NCBI GenBank assembly: GCA_964106645.2
Contig: OZ067041.1
Strand: one strand, 5' to 3'
Length of the DNA: 64,000 nucleotides
DNA from: Podarcis pityusensis
Taxonomy: Eukaryota
Positions 24,755 through 38,179 of this stretch are shown in pieces. The stretch's first letter is position 1. Each line of letters starts with the position of its first letter. The translations under genes and the position numbers were made by a program. The notes under the pieces were generated by a model, which searched no databases, was not told the origin of the DNA, and saw only the letters and a program-made list of their open reading frames with translations.

Positions 24755-25717
24755 TCTAGATCAGGAGTGGCCTCTGATGTTGAATTACAACTCTCTTTAT
24801 CCTTTGACAATTGGCCAAGCTGGAGGAGGTGAGAGATGGACACCATCAACATCTGAAGGGCACAATGTTAGTTATACATAAAATCCAAAAAAAAATTTCT
24901 ATTATTTATGAAATGCCTTACCAAGTATGTGCTATGCATATCATAAATTCTCCAGTTGTCATTGCCAGTGTTCAGTACTTTAGAATGGCAATATTCATAA
25001 ATTCAAATGTGCATTATATATATATATATCACACATAAAAGGAGAAACACTCCGTTTTAAAATTTGAGTAAATTCTGTTTCTTCCCCAGTTTCATGGCTG
25101 ACTTCTGACTCCTATGCCTAAAATAGATACGTTACTCCTGCATCCTATGTTTAGGTAAATGGCAACCAAATGTGAATGTCTTTTCTTTGCCCTGTTACTT
25201 TAAATGCAGTGCACATTTGGATGTGGTTCCCAGTGGGAGAGATTGTTGACTTGCATCAGCACTGGGGACATGTTCCCTTTACCCCATCTCATCTGCAGCA
25301 GCAGATTAAGGAATGAATATGCATGAACAGATATGAGAAAGAAAGGAAAGTTGGAAAGGGGGCTACAACAGAGTTTGCATATCCTCAAATGGCAACTTAT
25401 GCAACAAACATGGAAACTCATGGAAATTAAGTGCCAGGATAAATAGCATTTGATGTTCTTACAAATGTAATAGACCGTGATTGCATTGTAGGTTTGCTGT
25501 GTCAGAAGTGGAGACTTTGTTTCCAAATCTGTCTGTAATAGCTTTAGCTCTCTGTTTGACTGCCCTTTTTATGAAATTTCCTGACATATTGTTTTTCCAG
25601 TTTGTAATTCCTTGTTGGAGACAACATATTTGTGGGATCAGTAGAATTCTGTCATTTCTATTTGATAAATAGTGAACTGGTTCACTTGCTGGTTATAGGA
25701 AGAGACTGTCTATCAAT

Positions 25718-25731
25718 TATCTATCTATCTA

Positions 25732-25775
<44 letters not shown>

Positions 25776-25782
25776 ATCTATC
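25718..25782. repeat. (TATC)n / GATA microsatellite
   Basis: Direct reading; slightly interrupted. Confidence 0.95.
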
Positions 25783-28089
25783 CACTAAGCCCTAATAATT
25801 AGATACCCAATATACAAGAGAAAACGCTTTAATTTCACATTGTGAGCCTGCCTATGTTAGCTGTCTTAAATTCTAATTTAAGTTCTATGTTTCAGTCTTT
25901 TCTAATCAGAAACACAAGCTATCTGTGTTCGACTTTCAACAGGAAAAGAACAAATGGAAAGAGTCTCCTACTTCTAATGTAATTATTTAATGCTCCAAAT
26001 AGTATTGAGAAATGCATACAGTACATATAGCTATTGGAAATTACTACCCTGGGAAAACAAGAAGCCTATGTCTTGAATATCACCACAGACTGGGCTTCAG
26101 TGGATGGACAAAAGAATGCGGACAGTGAGGAAACATGATCTTCCAACTTAGTCTGCCCTTCTATTCTCTTTATAGAGGAATAGAGACATGAAAACTTGAT
26201 CTCTCCGGAGGGAAATTGTAGTACAAATGACACAATAAATCCTTCTGTACCTCAAACTACTAAAGTTCCCCTAAAGAGGTGAATAAAATAAATCAGACAT
26301 GCAAGCATAACACTCTTCTTTTTCTATCAATCGGGGCTTTCTTTATAAAGAAAAAGCACTGAGATGCAAAATGGTGAAAACATACTTTTTCTGGAACTTA
26401 ACTGGAGATCATTTACAGCTTTACCTAGTCTCCTTCTTACAAGGAAGAGAAAGGACTTTTCCATGCTTTCCCCAACATTTAATAGGGCAGTAATGAATAG
26501 GTTTTCACAACATTGTTAACCTTAAACACATTTCAACCTTTCCCCTCTTCCCAAAATAACTTTGTTTAATTTCAGTGAAGGTTCAAATATACTACCAAAT
26601 TATACTCGTTTTGACTGTTTTGACTGTCATGGCTTCCTTCCAAGGAATCTTGGGAGCTGTAGGTTTGAGACTGCCAAGAATTTGCTGTTGTAGCTTCTCG
26701 GCAGCCTTGCTATAACATCTTTGGGTTTTAAAATAAAAGCCATGGCAGTAAACTAGTTGAAAACCTGGTGTTGTAAAGGTTGCTGTACAAATGTAGTATA
26801 AGTATTTGGGAGGAATTTAAAATACCATATTACCTTAAGAATCACAAAAAATGAACTGAAGTGCATGATAAAACTAGCAAGATAGCATGACAAAATTACT
26901 TAAACTACATCTAAGGAAGAAATATGTTGTGTTTACCAATCTGAAATTTGCATCACTTGTAAACACTTACTGATTAAGATTACATTTATTTTAAGTATGT
27001 TCTGGATTACAGTCCAAATCAGCGCTTAACTATTACAGAGGGTCAATTAAAAATCAATTGAATAAATAGCGCTATTCAAGTAGTGTGTGGGATGCAGGTT
27101 TATGACCTGAATTGTCTTATAGAGCTCAGTCAGACTACTTTCAAATACCGTGTTGCAGTATTCTTTAAAAACTCTTGAGAAATAATTTTACTCCAAACTT
27201 AAATTACCAAGAGAGCTGCAGTGCAGCGATAGTAGCAATGCAATGTATTCTGAACTTTGAGGGTAAATAGCAAGTATGTGTACAAACTCCTTTGGGAGAG
27301 TTAAAGTTTTATTTAAGTCATTGCAAATTCAGCGTCATATGCTTTTCTGCTTTTGGCTAATTTCTAAATGGTATTTAGACAGTATTTTCATATAGAAGCA
27401 AACTTGCTTAGTAAATAACATTCCTCTGGAAACATTGAATTTCTCAAGGTCACATTGCTGATACCATTAAGATTCTGTAGCCTTTTAATATATACGTTTG
27501 TCTTATTCCTCACATCTGCTTCCTACCTTAGCTTAAAAATGGATAATTATGGGTAATGGTTGTGATGTACCACTCTTCCTTGAAAGCGTAATTCACACTT
27601 TCTCCTCGCTTTCTGAAAGGTATAGTTTAAGTTTTCAACTTAATCTCTGTTCATACTAAAAGCTTATTGAAAATTATCACATGGGAATTGAACTTGGAGC
27701 AAAATGGAAATACTTTAACTGCTGTTAGAAACCACTGCTGTGTCTTTCTTTATTCACTGTTCTTATGTCAAGCATGAAAGGAGGAAGGCCAGCTAAAATG
27801 GAGATGAGGGGTTGTATGATGGCACTTTGTTGAATATGAATCCTGACATAATTTGTGGAATGAATAAAATGGTATAACAGGTATAATATGTATTTCAAAA
27901 CGTATCAGAATGCATACCGAGCACTCGTATGAGTGCTTAAGGTACAAAGCTGGTTAAATTATGAAAACTGTATAGATGATGGTGAATTAAAAACAATTCC
28001 TTTCTAGATAATTGGTGATTAAAGTTTGTGAATACAAAACTATTCATAATTTTATAGTTTTAACCTAACTTTCATAGATTAAAGATAGC

Positions 28090-28410
28090 AGACCCTCCCT
28101 ATTTTCCAGGGACAGCCCTGATTTAAAGAAGCTGTCCCGGTTTCTGATTTGATCCTGGCATGTCCTGCTTTTCCTTAGGATGCCCCCTATGTTTATTGGA
28201 GAAAGGTTGGAGAGTATGGTGTTCTGAAGACAATCCTGTATAGGGAAGTAGGTTTTTGTTATGTTTAATGTTTTATTATGTTATTATATATGCAGGAAGC
28301 TGCCCGGAGTGCTGGGGCAACCCAATAAGATGTGTGGGGTATAAATAGCAAAATTATCAATATGGAATGGGACGTCCCTATTTTCATAAGAGAAATGTTA
28401 GGGTTTGGGA
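28090..28410. mobile_element. Degenerate non-autonomous DNA-element remnant containing a LINE tail
   Basis: Internally repeated 'CCCTAT(G)TTT(C)AT..GAGAAA.GTT.G' motif (28185-28215 and 28376-28408), GGGAC/GTCCC motifs, LINE tail at ~28295-28357. Confidence 0.5.
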
Positions 28411-28604
28411 TAGCTGCAGTATGGTAGGAAGCCATTTGGACCTCTGACATACTGTGTAATTATGTCCTTGATACATTGGTATCTGGACTCTTGGTGCACC
28501 ATTCCTTTCACAAAGGGGCTGCTGTGGGTACAGGTAGCCTCCTTTGTGATTTATATGCAGGCAGTCCAAAATTAAGTTCTTCGCTTTTAAAAATCTCAGG
28601 TAAC

Positions 28605-28705
28605 AGGCCTAGGAAAGGCCTCTTTGTCTGAGATTTGGATTGCTGCTGCCAGTCAGAAAAACCAGTGCTGGATTAGATGGACCATTGGTTTCACTCTATA
28701 TATAC
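28605..28705 (+). mobile_element. 3' half of an old squamate SINE
   Basis: 'ctgctgccagtcag....gtgctggattagatggaccattggtttcactc' resembles a recalled squamate SINE 3' consensus; degraded. Confidence 0.4.
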
Positions 28706-31125
28706 CTAATTAAGGACAAGCTGGACAACTATTAATTAGAAGTCATCACCACAGTGATAGACAGGACAGAAACACAGCGTCAGATCTTCAGCTGCAACTG
28801 TCTAGGTTAGCCTTACCTTGGAACTTTGAGCTCACAGTTATCAAAGTTTTAGTCGAACTGTATGCCAGTAATATGTAATCGGAAAATGTTTTTTTCTAAC
28901 ATCTGTTATTGATCTGAAAATTTATATTGAGCTAATAGCCGATTTCCTATTGTTTTCCACAGCATTTCCAAATGCTGGCTTGTGATCACTGTATAGTGTG
29001 ACAGTATGGTGTCCACTAGTCTTAAATGTCTCTCTGACAGTAGGCAGTGAGAGGAAGGCAGCAAAGCTTGTCAGACAGGCTGGTTTTCTAAAAAGGAAAG
29101 CTATATACAGCATATGTCACCTGATCAAAAGCCTCCTGGTTTTTGATCATTGGTGGATATAAGCGGAGTCATCCAAGCTTCCTACATTATAGTAAAATAA
29201 ATGATGTTGCATTACTACTGACATAAAAAGTGGACATTGTTAGAATGCTTAATAATATGGGAAGAAAATTAGGGCCACATTTTAGAGAGGAAATGGTCCA
29301 GTCCTTAGGCCTCTTTTTTTCTTCCTTTTCTTCTCCCTTGAATGGTCTTTTCTATTTGGAAAGGCTATTGTGCTAAGAAAAAACCTTCTGTCATAATATG
29401 AACGAGCAGAAGAGAAGTGGCAGGATGTGATAGCCACTATAGATGTATAGAGGGAAGAAAAAGGAAGCAGGGATAAAAGTTGATCAAATGGATGTGATCT
29501 GAAGTGGCATGATATATTTTTGAATAGCAGCAATGAATAGTAGAAATTGAGAAGGGGTTTCAAGATGAAAAATAGGATAACTTTGATCATGTTAATATTG
29601 AGCTGTCAGCAAGCTGTCTAGAAATGCATATTGTAGGCTGAATCTGATATCATCAGGGAAAGTTTAATTTATTGCAGGTATGCACAGCTTTCCTAACTTT
29701 AAGCATAGGCAACCTCCTCCCTGCATAACAGTCTGAATGCAGAAAGACTGGTTCATGTTTTGAGGATACACAGTAGGAAACCTTAAAAGGTGCTGGGGGG
29801 TGAGAAGGGTTGGATTCTATGCAACAACATATGGATATGTCAGATGCTTTCATTCTTGTTTGATGGAACAAATTTTACCAGACTGGATTTGTAACATTCC
29901 AGTGGTAAATTTTATATAAAGTATATAACGCAATGTGGTAGCTAGGAGGGTGGTCTGGTTTAGCAGAAGCTGATGCAATATGTTAAGATTTCTGACCAAG
30001 TATTCCTTCAAGAGAGGGGTACTTATTTTGGTTTAAGATCCTATCATATGTTAAAACAAGGCTTGTTTTTTGAGATCCAACAATGAATATAGGGCAGGAG
30101 AAAGTCAGTAAAATTATTTAGCAAAAGTAAACTAGAGATGGTAATGAGATCTTTTGTAGCCAAAAGGTATTTTCTTTTTATCCTGTTATCCACAGAAATG
30201 GAAAATAGAAATGCATGTCTATTGTGTTTAAATCACAATTTCCAAAAGCTTAACTCCTCTGCTTTTAATTTACAAAAAGAAAGATGATGAAGAAAAATAA
30301 ACACTGCTGTTACTTTAATAATGTCCTAACGTTATACATAGAACATTCCTCCAAGTTCATATAGGTTGTTCTGTTATCCTCTTAGTTTTCAGATCCATTC
30401 TAAAGGGTTAAAGTTAACAAAACACATTTGCCAGGACTTTTCCAAAACCTTTGATTCATCATCCTAATAAGTTGTTGTGCTTGAAGTTGATCGCAATGAC
30501 ACTTGACCGCTGCCGTGTGATGGAAAGATAGTAATAGGTGCAGTGGTTGTTACATGACAGGTTTGTTTTGTTAACATCTGCCCTTTTAGTTAGAGAGAAA
30601 ATATTGCTGTCAAGAAAGAAAGAAATATTTTCTTGTCCCCCACCCCTTTTATATGACTGCTGAAACCTCACATTGTCCATCAAGCGGTTGATTCCTTAAG
30701 TGTGTTTTGAATTCATTGTTCCTGCTGTATAAACTGGATTCCCTGCTTTTCTGGGTATCCCTAATAGTTAAAATCTATACCTACAGCACATTAAGATGAA
30801 AGAGCTCTGATGGTGGAATATTGGTCTACTCTATGCAATAGAGCAATCACAGTTTTATTGCTTCCTTGGGTACGATAAGACGGAAACTTCAGTGGGGAGT
30901 GAACAGATCTAGAACTTTTCCAGTTGCTAGTTTCTCACTAGTTTTCTGCTTGCCAAGATTTGGGCTTTTTTAAATGGAACTGTGCCTAACTCACTGAATA
31001 GGCTGAGAGGCTGGAAAATTCTGATTACCTGAAGACTAGATAAGTAGCCTATTAAGGTGATGCAGTAGCACTTTTTAAAGACCTAGAACCCATACTCAAA
31101 CTTGGATAAGTTGTTCATTGCATGT

Positions 31126-31191
31126 AGCAATGCTAAACCATAAAATACAGCAATGCTAAGCCATACGGCAATGCTAAGCCATAAAATACAG
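31126..31191. repeat. Short tandem triplication of GCAATGCTAAGCCATA(AAATACA)
   Basis: Three units, the middle one shortened. Confidence 0.85.
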
Positions 31192-31846
31192 TTGTGTAAA
31201 TCAGTGTGTGCAAGCTGTGCTCATGTAGCTTGAACACCTCTACTTTCCTACTCCTTCTTCCAGCAGGGGAACAAACTACAGAGAGACTTGCTTTTTGTTA
31301 TATCCAAACCAGCAGTTAAGGTTTGCTTTGCTCAAAATAAACCATGACCTGCTGCAGGAAGGAAGGCTTCGGTTTCAATCATGAGAACACACAGCTCATG
31401 CACAAACCAGTTTGTTTAACCCTGGTTTGTAGCTTGGAGATTGTGTCAGTCTACTTAAGGTGTGACACAGAAGGAATTCTGGATTTTACTATGGCAAGGT
31501 AACTTGATTTATAACAGTTTAATTATGCAATTCTAAGACATTTTCTCATTTTTTTAGTGTTAATTTTTTAATTCTCTCTTTACTAGTATCCTTCACAATC
31601 ATGAAAGCCAAAGCAGCTTCTTAATAATTATTATACTCACATTGCAGCGTTCATATTCCTAGCACACAAAGCTCACCCGATTCTGGAGACTGTCATTTTT
31701 TGTAGCAAGAGTTCCTGGGCATATAATGGTGTACCTGTTCACATGACTGTGATCTGAAGTGATGCAGTCATAGTCCATACTGGGTACCCTTGCCTTCTGA
31801 CTTGATAATGCTCTTTCACCACCTAGCCATCTGCCCACAGGTATAC

Positions 31847-31978
31847 TAGGAAGGGGAAGCTGTAGCCCTCCCTTTGGAGGGCTACAGCTTCCATATTGCC
31901 TAGCCATTGACCATTTTGCCTGCTTACGATGGGAGTTGTAAACAAAGCTTTTGTAGGGCTTCAGGTTTCCTATCCCTG
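31847..31978. mobile_element. Short hAT-type MITE containing a perfect 17-bp hairpin
   Basis: Ends resemble GGGGAAGCTG...CAGGTTTCCTATCCCTG; 'gatgggagttgta' core; hairpin at 31855-31892. Confidence 0.65.
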
Positions 31979-34900
31979 GGCTACAATGTCTGTCTCTGCA
32001 TGGAAAAAAACACACCACTTTGGGTCAGGAGGATGGCGTAGGAGGTGGTAAAGGGTCCCTTGAAGAAGTAATGATGCTGCTAACACAGTGATTCTGATTG
32101 CATTCTGATCTGATTGCTGTTTCCTTATTAATTCCTCTAGTCTGGGATAGAAAAGGTCTGGCATGCTTCTTCTATTTTCTAAGGAGCCTTCTGGTACCAG
32201 CTGTGTTGATACCTTGTCTCTTTGCGATGAGTTCAGTGTCAAACTGATGAAAGGAACTGGACACTTTGTGCAGGCACTTCAGATGCTTTTAAAATGTGCT
32301 ACCTTAGAGTATCTGATAATTTTTTAGGGTGAAAGGCACAGTACTCGCCCATCTCTCTCCCCCTCTCTATTTCCCTCTCTCTGTACTTGGATATAGCAAG
32401 CACTTTACACTTCTTTGTTAATCTAAGCTAGTTAATTGGTTCTATTAAGAGAATTTAAGATCAAAGTGGGGAAATATCTTATTGAGTAAATATGGAGTGG
32501 GTAACACTACACAAAGTATCATAGTTGTGACTGAGGTCCTCTAGCTACTCACAATGGATAAAAATGACAGAATTTTGCCTATTATGCAGCTCAAACAGGA
32601 AAGGAACATCAAAAGGATGATACTATCTGATAGGTGTTAGAAGCTGGAATTTCCATATGCCTTTGAAGTTTGATCTAGTATATAAAATAGAGATAAGTTA
32701 TATTTTCCTTCCAGCATAGCTTGCCTGAGACTCATAAGATGCAAAATTGTGATTTCATATTACACCATATTTCTGTGTATCAGCTGAAGAACTGGAATAA
32801 TTCACCCTTTATCCCTCTCTTATACCTGCCTTTCAGAAATGCCGCCCCCTTCCCCCACAAAAAGCTTTAAGAATTATATGGGGTACTGTTTCAAATAACT
32901 AATTTTGTCCATGCATCCTGACCTCCTGGTTTAGGAGCTTTGTGGCTGAAGCTGAAGGGTATGAATACCTTCTCTCTTATGCCTTCCTGAGAGAATAGTT
33001 TGTTTTTGTTTCACTCAGTTGGAATCCATGTAACTGAACACTTGTCACTTTCAATTTCATTTTGGAGAGTTTAGGTTTGTACAGCTGAGACGGAGAGCCT
33101 AATTTGGTTTGTAGAACTTTAAACTACTGGAGGTATATGAAGCGAATTTACCTATTAGATTATCAAGACTGATTTTACAAAATCAGTGTGACAGATAACA
33201 TTTTGGGTTGTTACAATCACCAGAGAATGCCTGCGTAGAGCAGTGTTATCCATATAGCTTAAGCTAGCCTAACGGACTAAAGCTGGACTAAACAATGAAT
33301 ATTTACTTGTGGAAGAGCATACAGACTTTAAGAGTAAACTTAGAACATTATGGAATCAGCAGCCACATGATACACAAGTGTCTTTCATTTCCAGTTGTTA
33401 TGCTCACACAATGTTCTAAAAAAGAACTGGTACAGGGAATGTGTACTCCTGAACCATGCAAATCTATTTGTGGGCCCATTCGCAGTGAGCCTGAGGTTGC
33501 CAGAGTAGGGGCACAGGAAGCAATACATGACATGACAATATTTTTGGGATTGAGATGGCTATGACTTTATTGATTACAGATGTCAGTAGGCTTTGGAATA
33601 GGCATTGGGTATGTACGCTAAATCAACCAGCCCAATTGCTGGCTGTTTACTTCATCAAGGTCAATCCTGAGTTAAGGATCCCTATAGGATGTACATCAAA
33701 TATGGATGAACACTTCAGGACACTATTTGGGGAATTCTATGGCCTGTTACCCCAATCTGGGTATACGGAAAAGATCCTTCCTCTTGGACCTCTTTATGAG
33801 GGTACACTGATACTTTGATCTGGAGGAAAGGGGGCAAGACTCCTTCCCACTCCCTCTGATTAGACTAAAGATCCTACTCAATGCCTTTTGCCGCCAGCAA
33901 GTAGTGACAGTTGCTTGGAGGAAGGCAAAACCTCTAAACCAAACCAATTTGACTGTAGGAAAAATCCTCCCCAGTCCCGATTACAGTGACTGAGTAACTT
34001 CTCATACACATGCACCTCCCGCTTACCTTTGGACAGAGTGGGAGGTTAGTTGCCAACTGTGCTTCAGGAAGCAAGCACAACCAATTCAAATGGGACGGAG
34101 ACTGACCTGAGCAAAGACAGGCTTGACTCGGGTCTGCCCCACAACCTGGCCATGACTGGCTGATTCACAGTCGAGGTGAGGAAGTGTCCTGTCACTCCCC
34201 ACAGCCAGCTGATGTTGCCAGCCGGCTGTGTGGGAAGCCTACCCTCCAATCCCACCTACCCTCCCAGCTGCAATTGCTGAAAAGTTAAAACAGGAGCACA
34301 ACTAAGATTAATTGTTACATCCAGACTAGATATAAAATGCAACTGAGATTCCAGTGACTTTGTGTCTTTGGTGGGGTTGATAATGGCAGATAATATAATA
34401 ACGTATAATCCTTGACTGGTCTCTTAATTTCTGTTTTATATAAATATGGAGTAGCATTCATATAAGAAACACTTTATGCTACTACCCCAAAGCCATAAAC
34501 ATTTTATTATGCTGCAGCCAAAGCCTCCCTTTTGTAAGGGAAACTTCACTGCATCTTCACTCTAGTCTCAGACTTGCCTGTGGTTGTTGGAGGAAGAGGT
34601 GCTTACATGAATTTATCAGTATAGTAGTTGTTTATGTTGTACAGTACTATTCTACTTTCATTGTACTAATTAGCTATATATGGAAAACTTTGAGAAGGCA
34701 ATAACACATTTGTTTAAGCAATGGTCCCATCACTTCACCTTTTGTCTGTATATATGTGTGTGTAGAATTAGGACAATTAGAACTTTTTATTGTATTTATT
34801 GGTAGGGCTTTCACATATTTTCTATACATATATAGATTTAATTCTATCAATTTTTACTTGTTTTCTAATGATGATTTTTCTATTTTTTAATGGTTCTTAT

Positions 34901-35056
34901 TTTGATCTGTAAGCTGCCTTGAGTCCTGTCAGGGAAAAAGGTGTGATATAAATAAAAAAAGTTAAAATTAATAATAATAACAACTGTCTTTTCTCTCTAC
35001 AAGTTAAATATTTTCCTCAGCTAGTCAAATCGCCATTGTGTCCAGTCACAAATCAG

Positions 35057-35057
<1 letters not shown>

Positions 35058-35093
<36 letters not shown>
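35058..35093. repeat. (TG)18 microsatellite
   Basis: Direct reading. Confidence 0.97.
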
Positions 35094-35094
<1 letters not shown>

Positions 35095-36214
35095 TTTTAT
35101 TTTATTTATGTACAGTAATGAAGAAAAGATTAGCAAGTATGTAATTGTTGAATTATGTTCAACATTTTGTATCTTCCTATTGAGTATGAGAGAGTTTGTA
35201 ACAATTTGAAATGTAGTTTCGTCTTGCAGATATGTGTACAGTGAGGCAGTTCATAATATAACTAATATTGAGATATGCAGCTAGACATTCTGTAACTTTA
35301 GCTTATCTGTCTAATAGTTTGCTTAGCTAAGCACCCTATTTATGACTGATGAATAAGGCAAAAAATATATAAATAAAAAGCATGTGTGTGCTACTGTGCA
35401 TGTATGCTTTTTAATTAAGTATAAATTCTATTTTCTCCACCTGAATTCAGATTCTCTGGGCTGTCATGCAAGACTTACATTTGATTCAGCCTTCTTTCTT
35501 TGTACTTCCCACAGCATTTCCCAGTTATTCCCAGTGAAAAGAGAAACACTGCAATTTTAAATATTTACAGTATCCTTCTTGAACTTTCTATGTTCCTCAC
35601 ATCTTCAGTACACTATTTTTTTGTAAATGTCTGATTGATACTTTGTGCTTACAAGGTGTGTAAACATCACGAAACAAAATTTGATAAATATATGAAATGC
35701 ATAGCATACCAGAAAAAATGTTACTGTCTATATGATAGCTATGTTACCTGAATCATAGGAAACTTTTCAATTGCAGTCCCTATGGAATCATCTGTATACT
35801 CTTTTGGGACCTACTATGTGTTTTTTTAGTATCAGTATACAATAGGTATATCTCGATTTATGTTTATTAAAACTTGCATATGCAAAATGGATATGCGGTG
35901 GAAGTGCTCAGAAACTTGGGAGGAAGTGATCATGTTCTCCTGGGCTTCAGGATACAGAGGCAAGGAAAAACTGAGTGTAGTCAGATACACACTCTAGAAT
36001 TAAGGCTATTTTCAAAAAGCTGAAGGAGCTACTGGGTGTGATCCCACGGTCAGAAATACTCAGTGAGAAGGGAGTCCCAAGAAGATGGAAGTTTCAAAAT
36101 AGGGGCTCTCAGGGTATGACATACCTAAGCTTAAGAGCTCAAGATATGAGCAAGTATTTTGCCCATGTATGCAGTCCCTTTGCTCCTTCAATCACACGAG
36201 TCAGCCAGCAAACC

Positions 36215-36476
36215 CAGAGGCGGAGCTAGGTGCTCCGGCACCCGGACTGGCGTGCACCCAGGGGCAGGGCTAGCCACCTACAGGGACGGGGCTAGCGTCC
36301 AGGGGCCTGCCACACGCCTCCTGGGGGTGCACGCCAGTCGCTGCACACATCCCGGCGTGTGTGCGCCGGCTTGTGCAAGCCTCCCGGGGGGGGGTGTTTG
36401 GCGGCGATGTCACCCCCTCTCAGGGATGGCACCCGGGGCAGACCGCACCCACCACACCCACCTCGCTCCGCCTCTG
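36215..36476. mobile_element. GC-rich hAT MITE
   Basis: TIR CAGAGGCGGAGCTAGG / CCTCGCTCCGCCTCTG (15/16); 8-bp TSD AGCAAACC (36207-14)/GGCAAACC (36477-84); CpG-rich. Confidence 0.92.
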
Positions 36477-37753
36477 GGCAAACCAGGAAGTTTTCCGTTA
36501 GCTATAGTTTTCTAACAAGGAACTATGGTTAATAGCTTCAGTATCTCAGTTTGTTCAGGAAACTATAACTCAGGGAGGGCTTTGTTTCATTTTCTGGCTT
36601 GTGTGAAGAGGTTCCATTTATGAGGGAAAGCTTGTTCATATCTTGTCTTATTCAGCCAGAATGTGGTTCTCCAAACTTTCCCACTATATTTGGAAGCAGA
36701 ATAGCATGATAAAATAATTGAACCCTCAATTGACATTGATTTGTTTTTTGCTATATATATATTTAAATATATATATATATATAGAAGTTTGAAATCTATA
36801 TTTTGTTATAGGCATTTTTTCCTTAAACACTGACATTATAAGCTATTGTTTTCTACAGAGCTATATATTTTTGTCATTGTTGTTTTATTGATTAAATATA
36901 AAGCTCTAATCTTCTCAAAAATTACTTTGACTTTGAAATGAAATTATGATTACCAAGGACTTTTGTCTTATAAGATTCTTTCCAATTTTTGTCTGTAAAC
37001 AACAGACTGTTTCTCATAGTGCAATCTGTCTCTAGATTGGAGCATCATAACTCTTTAGGACTGTGCAAATTCCCAACAGCAAAATATATGAAAACCTGAC
37101 TATTGAGGTATGTTCAGCTAAGCTCCAGAGTCCTCACTTCTGCAGCTGGCTGTGTCCAGATAACTGCTTTATACTTCCTTGTTTTGCTCTGCAAGCCCAT
37201 CTGCATTAGGCACAAACTGCTCAGGCTAACCATTCAGATGATATGGCAGTTGCATTATGGAGCAGGCACTGAAACATCTAGATATAGTTTTGCATGAGAT
37301 GTAAACTACAGTTTTGCATTTTAAAGTAGACTCTACCTTGTTGCAGCTTTAGACTTGCTCAGGCTGCATGGTAACTGGCTATGAACAGAGCAAAGAAAGG
37401 TCAAAAGTGAGCACAAGTAGCCATGGTAGGTTGATAAGTTGTGTGACAGTACATTGGTTGTAAATCTGTGGGATGTCAGTACAACCCTACAGTATGTTAC
37501 TTAATTGGGAAAATGGAACATGACCTCCTTTTGAATGCCTGTCAGGCTTCCTCCTTGATTGGCGGAAAGCTGCAATGGCTTCCCTTCTCTTCTCCCTGTA
37601 ACTTCCTAGCTAGATAGTAAATGAGACTCAATGTGTTGTTTTGAGTTACAGTTATGTTGCAAGGAATGATACTGATATCTACCTTTCCTGTAGCAAAAGA
37701 GGTACCTTGCCTATGTACCCTTGCAAGCATAGGAAGTTTTTTATCCAGAGCTT

Positions 37754-38179
37754 TGTCATAATCCCAGAGCTCAGGCACACCCAGAATACTGGGTCAGAGG
37801 CTATAATGGCAGCAGATGATGAGCTGGACCAGGCTTCTGACTATTAGTGTGATGTTGATGATCAGATATCCACTGAATGTAGCCATGAACCTGCTGAACC
37901 CTGAACCCCACCCCCCAGCAGCAGGGATGATGTGAAACCAGAGATGTGACCTTCTTAGATGCCTTCACCTTGGATCTGAAGAACCTAGCATTTCATACAT
38001 GACCTGACCAATCCAAAGGTGCAGAGAGCACACCCTGCTAGGCGTGGCATGGAGTGAAGGAGAAGCAGTTCTCTCTCCACCTTTTAAGAAATTGCAGTTC
38101 TCCAAAAAAGGGGGCAAAGCAAGAATTCGGCATGAAGGCAGAGGCTCAAGGGGCCTCAGTTTACCTCTTATTTGTGACA
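37754..38179. mobile_element. Putative solo LTR
   Basis: TGTCA ... GTGACA ends bracketing a GC-richer block; CCAAT motif; no TSD. Confidence 0.4.

Noticed and set aside
29122-29149. Hairpin TGATCAAAAGCC-TCCT-GGTTTTTGATCA
   Set aside because: Short AT-rich stem expected by chance in 64 kb; no other support
36038-36515. GC-rich ORFs at 36.1 kb and 50.2-50.5 kb as exons or host CpG islands
   Set aside because: The GC-rich parts are bounded exactly by TIRs and 8-bp TSDs; open frames reflect stop-codon scarcity
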